Under the pieces are notes generated by a model that worked only from the letters and a program-made list of their open reading frames with translations, was not told where the DNA came from and searched no databases. Both the position numbers and the translations under genes were made by a program. This document shows, piece after piece, positions 54,973 to 64,000 of a DNA stretch of 64,000 bases. Origin of the DNA: Vicugna vicugna (taxonomy: Eukaryota). Positions within the stretch are counted from its first letter, which is position 1; the number at the start of each line of letters is the position of its first letter. The stretch is from contig MU058337.1 in assembly GCA_013265495.1 (NCBI GenBank), positions 5,498,716 through 5,562,715 of the forward strand, read 5' to 3'.

Positions 54973-55562
54973 AAATAGCCCAGAAGGGCCAAGGTATATA
55001 TAGGAAGCCTAATAGAAAGATCTCTCGCAAGAATGCAGAGAATGTCCTGGATGGGACCTTGGGTGAAAAGCATTGTCACTCTGGCTGTAACCATAACCCA
55101 CATTTCTGTCTGTGTCTCCCCAGCCTGAGGAAGCCTAAGAAGGAACCTAAACCAGTTCAGCTCCATGAATTCAAGTACTGGTTCCTCACCTCAGTTTAGC
55201 TCCTGCCTCTCAGTGCATCTTCGGCAAGTCTCAAACTTCTTTAGCCCTTCTTGTAACAATTGTTTGAGTTCTGAACATTCCACGGCGTATGCACTTTATT
55301 CACTTACCTTGTTTCTGCGTATTCCTTTAGTATCACATTTAGTCTATGACCATCACCCCCACTCAATGCCTTCCAGAGTGCTCTGCACACAGAGGCCTCT
55401 GATCACTAACATTCACTGACCTTTAAGGAACTCTTGTCTTACAAGGATTTGGAACAGATGACTCCATGCAAACGCATAGATCTTTATCTGTTTTAACAAA
55501 GGTGAGTCTAAAATTGCTTGTTGCAGTGAGCCCAAATAATGTCAATATACGTTAAAGCTAGG

Positions 55563-55979
55563 CATATGCGGGGTTAGAGTTTTGGTTAAGAGAGAAATAA
55601 CTAAGGATATAACAGATAAAATCCTTAGTCTCCTGGCTTCAGACAACACATGTCTGTTTTTCTCAATAAAGCTTATTCCCAATCAGTGGGCAGGTCTCCA
55701 CCCAGTGGTGATTCAGGGACCCTGGCTCCTTCTGTCTTACATCTCCATCATTTTCAACACCATGTTCACCAAGTTCCCACGGCTGTCTGCATCAAGCCAG
55801 AAGGGAAAGACTGTGGGGCCAGGCGTAGAAGTGTGACCATGACTTCTAGCACATTCCATCAGCTAGATCTCAATCGTATGGACACACCAAACTTAAAAGG
55901 GAGGCTGGGAAATGTGATCTAACTCTGGCTCAGAGGGAAGAGAATGAGTTTGGTTAAGGGCTAACCAGTTTCTGCTTCA
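55563..55979 (-). mobile_element. MLT1J-like MaLR LTR
   Basis: 'attcagggaccctggctccttct', 'cacattccat', 'aagggaggctgggaaatgtgatct'. Confidence 0.7.
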
Positions 55980-58794
55980 TTTATTAGGGGAAAAAATCTC
56001 TGCTGTGAAGACCTTCTTGCAAATACCACTCCTCTATCCAAATACTGGGCTTAGTGTCTCAAAAACGCGAACAGACTGAGCTCTAAATTGGATTCTTCAT
56101 ACATCAAAGGATACAGTAAACTCCTTGCTGCTCGGGCTTCTCAAACATGACGGACAGCTGACAATGACGACAGCAACAACAAAACATCCTGCCAGTTCCC
56201 TCTGCCTCTTTTACAGTGCTTTAATTTTATTGCTTCAAGAAGCATTAGAGCATTCATGAGCCAGTGAACTAGCTAATTGGCTGCAGTAATAAGTGGGTCT
56301 TGGAAGGTGGCACTTAACCAAACAAATATTAAGAAACTATGTCTCTGGAGGATGAGACTTCAAGGATGAACGGTGTTTCATGGGTCAACATGACACCATA
56401 CATGACAGTTAAGGACAAGGGAGGAAATGACATTTTAGAACGGAAAAAACTGTGGGGGTGCTTAGATTTGTCTCTCATTCAAAGTCATTAAAAACATAAG
56501 CTCCTATGAAGCTGACTTTGGGGGTACAGTTAACATACCAAAAAAAAATGGTTTCTTTGCTTGATATTGCATGTCTGCCTTTTTTTTCCGATTTACATAT
56601 GTACAGCCTGAGCAAATCTGATGAGAAAAGTAATCTAGATTTTGGTTCTAATGCAGATCTTCATTTATTTTAACTTATTTGCAGAGTCTAGCAAAATGAT
56701 CTATGCCTTCCAACGGAAACGAGAAGTTAGATGCAAAGGTTGCTGTGCCCCACCCGCAGACAGCCACAAGCCTGTCTCCCAGCCAGGTCCCACGGGTATC
56801 CTTCAAGGACGGTCAAGAGCGGGGTTTCTTCACGAGACTGGCATGTGCCAAACTTCATGTCCAGGGCTACAGGAGTGAAAGTTGAGACCCATACTCAATT
56901 CAGATTTTCCGTGGAGTTCACCAGAAAGTCAGGTCTACTTTCAGGTGATTCACAGAAAAATCAATCAGAGGATAAAAGCAGGGTGGCAATTTTTTAAAAG
57001 AGAAAATGGGACATGATGTACGAACCGGGCTCAGATACAGCCACGTGTTTCCCATTGTCATTGGCTGCAAATCAGCTCTCGATTTCCTGCTCATTGTGCG
57101 CAGTAACACCACTCTCCCTGCCTCTGCCAATGACCGAAATGTACACTGTCCCTGGGCAATCTCGCTTCCCCACTTGCCCTGTCCCAGGCTGCAGACCACT
57201 CCAGTTGAATTGCAAAGTGATTGTGGCAGATATTTATAATATTTATAATATCTTAAAAAGCATGTAGGTATATGTTGCCTTTTTCCCACGTTCTCTCTTA
57301 TTATTCACTGTCTTGTATTACCAGGGCCTCCTCTCCCCTCCATTAGCACTGATAAACTGCCCCTGATTATAGCTCAGTTCTTTTCTAGTCGGTTAAGTGC
57401 AGTAAAATGAGCAGAAAAGTGGTAAACGAGGCTTCAGGGTGACACCAACAGCCTATAATGCCTTATTTTTACCTCTGATACTTTCGTAGATGATTCTGCC
57501 TGAAATTCTCCAATTTGAGGTAATGATGCTGAAAGTGTGTGATGCAAGGAATTGGGGTAGAAGCAGCAGCAGACGATGATGGTGACGGAAGAGTCATATT
57601 GTGGATAAAAACCCAGCTCTGTGTGAGAGGCTGGTCAGGGCTACCAACCCAAAGGCCAAAATGAGCCTGGAGTCAACGTTTCCATTAGTAATTAGAATTT
57701 GTTTTCAAGTTTACTTTTGAAAAATGAAAAGAACATATCTGACAGTTTATTTAGAAATGAGGGACCTGGTTTCTGGGTTAAGAAAACCATTCTGGCTGCA
57801 GCTCTCCAGGGGCACAGGGTTCTTTCACTTGGAGTCACCAATTTTTTTAAAACCCCTCTTTTTTTTTTTTTTTTTTGCATTAGATTGTTGGACCAAATGT
57901 CATGGGCCTCTTGGGGCTGACGGGCTCTCTAGACATGAATCCGTATTTATGCAGCCATGAGAACCACTGCTGCGTGTTGGACTCAAGTGGGACTCGTCTC
58001 TTAAAAAAAAAGTTTACCCCAAGTTTTCATTTCTTAAGGATTATTATGTAGGGAAATTATGGTCACAATAAAATACCCACTTTGTGGTGAGGGGAGGGAG
58101 AGAGTTGAAATTTAGGAAAGGCCTGAAACCTGCGCCAGGGGCCACAGTATGCTTGGCATGGTGTCTCCCCCATTCTCTGCAGGGATTAAAGTCACTACCT
58201 GCTGACCCCCAATCCTAGCTCCTTGGACCCTCTCTAGTCTCCAATTTTACATGCCTCATACTACTTCAACTAATTCCTGCCAAGTAACTCTGGGAGACGT
58301 GCAGAGCTATTTTGTAAAGGATCCTCACAACCCCCTGGAATTGCTCATCTTTCAGATCATAATGTATGTCCACTGTTGTGTGGGCAGCCCTTCTGACTGC
58401 TTTCTCTCCATTCACCCTGAACGCCAAAACGCTGCACCACAAAAACACGGCTGCATGCTGGTGGGACTCCTACAGATTGATGCAAAGCCTTCATTTCTCT
58501 CTTGTCTCACAAGTATATTCCCTGCCAGTGTTATTGCTAATTTTTCACTCAAGACCAAAATCCACACCTGCCTCCCACTCTTTAATCTTCTAGACTGAGC
58601 TCAGACAACCACAAGAGCCCCACTATCCTACTTCCCTGGGTCTCCTGCTTCTAAGGAAAAGGACTTGATTCTCTTGTGAAGACCCACACCTCCTACCTTT
58701 GCCCCTGACACCATCCTCACACCTTCTCTGGGACTTGGTTCCATCATTCCTCCTCAACTGCATATCAAATTTCCCTCCTTGATATGGCAGCAGC

Positions 58795-59288
58795 GGGAGA
58801 CCTGGATACTCCACCCCAAATATGCGTAAAGACAGTGTTGAGAAACAGAAGACAAAGGAGAAGCTCTGAAAACAGCATAGTCCCTTCTGTAGGAGAAATT
58901 TACATTTATAAAGGAAATCTTCCGTTTCCAAGTGTCTTTCTCTCTGTACCAGGAAGAAAATGATGATTGTAAGTCACAAGAGAATCTTATCAATGAAGAA
59001 TTTGAATTAAATGTTCATAACTAACCTTATCCTTGTTTACTGTTGCCCCTCCTGAACCAGCCTTCCTCCACACTCTTCTTCCTTTGATTTGACTGATGGT
59101 TATTTAAGCCTGAGCTCTAAGCCACCTCTCTGAGCCACACTCATTACCCTGAGTATCTTCCATGTGTGTATGAGAGACACATGTTTTCAAATTTATTTGT
59201 TTTTCTCTTGTTAATCTGACTATTGTTACAGGGGCCCCAGATGGGAACTTAGAAGGGTAAAAGAAAAACTGTTTTTTCCTCTTCTATA
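58795..59288 (+). mobile_element. MER34-like ERV1 solo LTR
   Basis: 'ccaccccaaatatg', 'aagctctgaaaacag', 'gaaatttacatttataaaggaaatct', 'tttttctcttgttaatctg...gttacaggggcccc...gaacttagaagggta'. Confidence 0.75.
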
Positions 59289-59589
59289 TTTCTTTCTGCT
59301 CTGGAGTTATCTCTCACCTTAAACCAAAAGGAAAAAAGTTAAATAAAATAAAACCTCTTTCTCTGACCCAGTTACACTTAAGTTGTGCTTTTTTATTCCT
59401 TCTACTGCCACATATCTTGAGCTGGACAAAAACCCTTATATCTGCTCCCTCATCCCATCAACAGAAACTCACAGTTTTCTTCTCTGCAAAACTATCTTCT
59501 CAAACACCAATATATATTTTTAAAATTTTTCTTAGGTCAGATAATCAGAATGTTGTATCACTTCATGACTTGTGGAATTGTATCACTTT

Positions 59590-59900
59590 TTTAAATGTTT
59601 ATTGAAGAATACACATACAGCAAAGTGGGTAAGTCATCACTGAAAGGCTCGATGAATGTTGAATGTGTACAGACTGCACACACCCATGTACCAGCACCCA
59701 GACCAAGAAACAGAGCAGTTACCAGGACTCTGGACTTCCTACCCATGAGTTCTGTCATTTACTGCCCCCTCCCAACAAGTTAACTGCTGCTCTGACTTCT
59801 CACGTTGGTGTTGCTGGTCTGCAGGCTTCCAAAAATGGAAATATATCATACGTAGTCTTTTGTGTGTGGTCACTTGCAGAGTATTATTTTATGATCTCCC
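59590..59900 (-). mobile_element. Old L1 3' UTR fragment (L1MC/ME-like)
   Basis: 'tttattgaagaatacacatacag...cacacccatgtaccagcacccagaccaagaaacagagca'. Confidence 0.65.
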
Positions 59901-59914
59901 ATGTTTTTTTTTTT

Positions 59915-60005
59915 TCCTGTTTATCTGTCTGGTGTCAATTTTACTATTAGTCCAGCCTCAAGAACCCAAGACGGGTAGAGGGAGAGATTTTCCCCATCCC
60001 CGACA
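59915..60005 (+). mobile_element. ERV1 LTR 3'-terminal fragment (MER34-related)
   Basis: 'tcctgtttatctgtct...ccagcc...gaacccaagacgggtagaggga...ccccgaca' parallels the end of the LTR at 58795-59288. Confidence 0.5.
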
Positions 60006-61059
60006 TAAGGAATCCTATTTTAGCACCAAAACTAAGGCAGCCATATGTCCTGGGCTTTACAAGTCTTCACTGATATAAAATATTTGCCTTATCAGACCAT
60101 GTGTCAGAACACAGTCCCACTTAGGGTTATGAAAATTTTGTTACCATAAACTCATTCCATCCCACACACCATATTGTTTTTTTCCAAATCAATGGTGACA
60201 TTGTTTCTAGTTGTTATCTTATACAAAAAATAATCCTGATGTGTGTTTGCAATTCATACTTATGAATATTCAAGCACACAACTCCAGTTAAAGCCAGAGC
60301 TGAGAAAGCCTGTGCTACAGGCAACAAAAATAATCCTCCCATAGCTACATTTATTTTGTTAACAAGTTACGGCCTGGAGTCCTTTTAAAAAAAAAAAAAA
60401 GAATCAATGCTTTATTATAACCTTGGAGTCTTGTCTCTGATTGAGCAGGTTTATTCCCCCCTTTTTTCATCTACTGAAGTATTAGTGATTTCACTACTAT
60501 AAATACCAGAAACTTCAGCTACATTGGCCAATTCAGGTGTAATTCCCATGCATCCAGGGGCTTCATATGACTCAGTCTCTGCAGGGAATCAAATGCCAGG
60601 AACCCAATCCAACAGTCAAGAGAAAATTTAAGCACAATTCCAAACATTAGGTTGATCTGAGAACAATTAGCGGTTCCAATTCACAACCCACAGCAGTAAC
60701 CCTCCTTCAAAGGGTCCTCCTCCACAGCTTCCTGCATCCTGCAGCTGCTCCACGGCTGCTCCTTCGCCAACATGCTGACACTCACTTCCTCGCTCCTGCC
60801 CTCGCTCCTTCTTATGGAGATTGTCTTAGTTCTTGGCTTTATTTCTATTTGTCTTTGCCCTTAGCCTGAATTCTCCACCGCATGGGACACCTAGAGCCAG
60901 GCCAGTTGGAACCCTTTCCCTTTGCTTCCCACCATCTGGTTCTTCTTTCTACTCATTCTGCTTCTTCTTCATAATTAGCCCAGGAACTGGGAAAACAGAG
61001 ATCCAGCACTCCGTAAAGGGTGAGGAGAAGCTGAGCAAGGAATAATGACTTTTTATGTA

Positions 61060-61700
61060 AAATCTAGTGAAAGTATGGCGTTTCTTCAAAAAAAAAACCC
61101 ATAAAATGTCCAAACGTTTCAGCAATTCCACTTTTAGGTATTTTGGGGTATATACACCCCAAAGAATTGAAAGCAGGGATTGGAACAGGCATTCATTCGT
61201 ACACCAATGTTCATAGCAGCGTTGGTCACTATAGCCAAAAGCTGGAAGCAACTCAAGTGTCCGTCAACAGATGAACGAGTAAACAAAACATGGTCCATCC
61301 ATACAATGGAATATTATTCAGCCTTAAAAAGGAATACAATTCTGATGCATGCTACAACATGGATGAACCTTAAAAACAGTATGCTAAGTGAAATTAGGCA
61401 GACACAAAAGGACAAATATTGTATGGTTCCACTTATATGAAGTAGTCAGAACATGCAAATATGAGGTAGTTAGAACAGGCAAATTCAGAGAGATAGAAAG
61501 TAGAAAACTGGTTACCAAGGGTTGAAGGGAGGGGAGAATGGGAAATTGTTTAAAGGCTACGGAGTTTCAGTGTGTGATGATGAAGTTATGGAGATGGATA
61601 CAAGTGATGGTTCCACAACACTGAATGTACTTCATGCCACTGAATTATGTACTTAAAAATGGTTAAAATGTTAAATTTTATGTTATGTACACAATTTTCA
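61060..61700 (+). mobile_element. L1MB-like L1 3' end
   Basis: ORF 61180-61440 translates as the L1 ORF2 C-terminus ([23 protein letters not shown]...MEYYSALK), followed by 3' UTR. Confidence 0.88.
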
Positions 61701-62279
61701 AAAGGATTTTTTTTAAGTTCATGAGGCGAGAAGAAAAGTTATTAATAGCATTCTCACCATACAGAAAATTTATATGTAGGAATGAATGATAGAACAACTT
61801 TTGATGAAAGGAAGAATATTAGTTACTCTAAGAAATATCTGAGTGATAAGGTGTTTTTCACCTATGACATCATGTAGTCTCCTTATTCATAGCACAGTTT
61901 ATTACCGCCTGCTTTCACGTTGGAGTGTTTTAGAGTGACTGCTGTTCAGGTTTATAAGATGTGTTTCCCAAGTATAACATGCTGGAAGAAATTAGAGAGG
62001 CAATATGAACAGAATGTTTTGCCTCGTCTCTACCCACAATTGCAGAAATCCCAGCTACCCTAAAGATATGTCCTTGAACAGCTGTAGGAGTCCCCAGGGC
62101 TCACCTTAGTTGCTCTCACTAGTACCCATGGCCCCCATTTTCCTCCTCTTATATTCTGGCTGTTGGAGTGATGTTTTCTGTTGCTATGGAAGCTACTGTC
62201 CCTGAGTCCCTGTGTGTGTGTGAGGTGTCCTCTCCTGCCTCCTCTCCCTCTCACATGAACGATGATCCAGCACATTACT

Positions 62280-62965
62280 CATACATACTATGTTCTCAGC
62301 AGAACAATTTTAAGATTTATCCATGCTGTTGCATGTATCCATCGTTTGATCCTTTCTAATGCTGAGTTGTATCCCCATGTAAATAGACCACATTTTGTTT
62401 ACCCACTCACCTGTCAATGGACACACAGGTTGTTTCCTACTTGGAGCTATTACAAATAAAATTGCTATGAGCATTCATGTAAAAGTCTTTGTGAGGGCAC
62501 AATTTTCACTTCTTTTGGATAAATACCAAGTGATATGGGATTGAGTTATACATTAGTGTGTATTTAAGAAACTGTCAAATTGTTTCCAACTTGGCCAATT
62601 TTATATCCCGGCGATCAGTGTAGGAGCATCCAAATGTTCCACGTCCTCGCCAACACTGGGTGTGGTCAGTCTTTTTAACAATAACCCTTTCATTGGGCAT
62701 ACAAAGGTATCCTGTGTGGTTTTAATATGGATTTCCCTGATGGCTAACAATGTTGAACCTTTTTATGTGCTTCTTGGTCATTCCTGCATCTTTTTTTGTA
62801 AAATGTCTGTCCAAATCTTTTGCTTATTTAGTTTGTTGTTGGGCTGTTATCATGTTTTGTAGCTATACAGGGTTTTTCTGTCTGTTTGCTTTTATATACT
62901 CTACATAAAACCTTTTGTGTGATATACGCGTTGCCAATATTTTCTCCCAGACTGTAGCTTGACTG
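62280..62965 (-). mobile_element. Old L1 fragment
   Basis: 'gatttatccatgctgttgcatgtatc...tggacacacaggttgtttcc...ggagctattacaaataaa...atttccctgatggctaac'. Confidence 0.75.
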
Positions 62966-63498
62966 TCACCAGTGGGCTCAATAAAACTTTGCCCTTTTTT
63001 CTCAAGTCATTTAACTAGGCAGAGACTTAGAGTTATCACTCAAAGAATGCAAAGAGAGCCTGGGACATGTTATGAAACTCAGAAAGAGCTCCAGGTGGCT
63101 CCAAGTTTAAAGAGCATCTCTTGTGTTTTTGTGGAGGAACATGGAGAACATTTTCTGGACCTTCAGTAAGAAATGCTTTTGGAAAAGGACATTTTTCATT
63201 CAGCTATGATAATATTTCAATTTTATCAGATAACAAATATAATAAGAAGCTATTGACTGTGTGGGTAGACATGAAAGCTCTAGCAGATGGTTTTGACTCA
63301 GCTGTTGTCACCATGGGGGGGGACACTGTGAAGAAGTAACTCGGATGGGTGGAAGGTGAAGAAATGTTGATAGATTTATGGAGGAGAGAGTTTCAAAAGG
63401 CAAATAAACTAGAAAGTTATCTCTTCCCAGAAAGAAAGGAAATAAAAATAACAACCACCAAAAGAGCCACAATTGCAGGAGGGAGTCAAGCCACCAGC

Positions 63499-63506
63499 CA
63501 CACTCA

Positions 63507-63550
<44 letters not shown>
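63499..63550. repeat. (CA)n microsatellite, about 20 pure units
   Basis: Seen directly. Confidence 0.95.
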
Positions 63551-63551
<1 letters not shown>

Positions 63552-64000
63552 GTGCAAATACAAGGATCAATCAACTGCAATCTGCTTTCTTTTTTCCCTA
63601 CTAAAAGTGTGCATGTCCTGCTGGTGGGTTTCAGTACATTCTAGGTAACAGAATACACAATTGACCATCATGCTTCCTCTGAATCCTGAAAAAGCCAGAG
63701 AAAATGTGCAAGATGAAGCCTTCAGGGAAAACGAAAGACACACAACAAGTGGTCAGTGAGAAACTAACCCAGGAAATCACCCCACATCTGCAGCCAACAT
63801 CAGCAAAGACAAAAACATTTTTAAAAATAATGATTTAAGCATAACTAGGCATTTTGTAGACTCTGGACTTAATTGTTTCAATGCCTGCGAATTTAGTTAA
63901 ATTACTTAAACTTAATTTATTCATCCATGAGTTGAAGATAAATAATATCTATTTGATAGAATGATTGAGAGTATTATACTAAATCAAACATGCTCATTTC

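Overview
This is mammalian genomic DNA. Bases 1221-~22716 (+) hold the last 14 coding exons and the 3' UTR of NALCN (sodium leak channel, non-selective). I reconstructed them by hand: all introns are GT-AG, exon phases are consistent, and the exons total 1728 nt (575 aa + TAG). They cover the III-IV linker, domain IV with its TGEDW selectivity-filter Glu, and the C-terminal tail ending ...DDLLDI. The remaining ~41 kb has no recognisable protein-coding gene. It is a mosaic of L1, L2, MIR, MaLR/ERV solo LTRs and hAT-Charlie MITEs. The young L1s are cetartiodactyl-type and I saw no Alu, B1/B2, Can-SINE, Bov-tA/CHR or PRE-1 SINE, which tentatively suggests a camelid. I found no convincing novel multi-gene system. 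The most notable observations are: (1) a near-perfect 53-66 bp direct repeat spaced exactly 1000 bp apart and bracketing the penultimate NALCN exon; (2) a complete twin-primed, 5'-inverted L1 insertion with TSD, microhomology and a 111-nt deletion, near a sister copy; (3) a strongly AT-to-GC converted MLT1 LTR suggesting GC-biased gene conversion; (4) a CPE + Pumilio + AATAAA cassette at the end of the NALCN 3' UTR. Repeat subfamily names and comparisons with human NALCN come from memory, not from a search, and repeat boundaries without a TSD are approximate.
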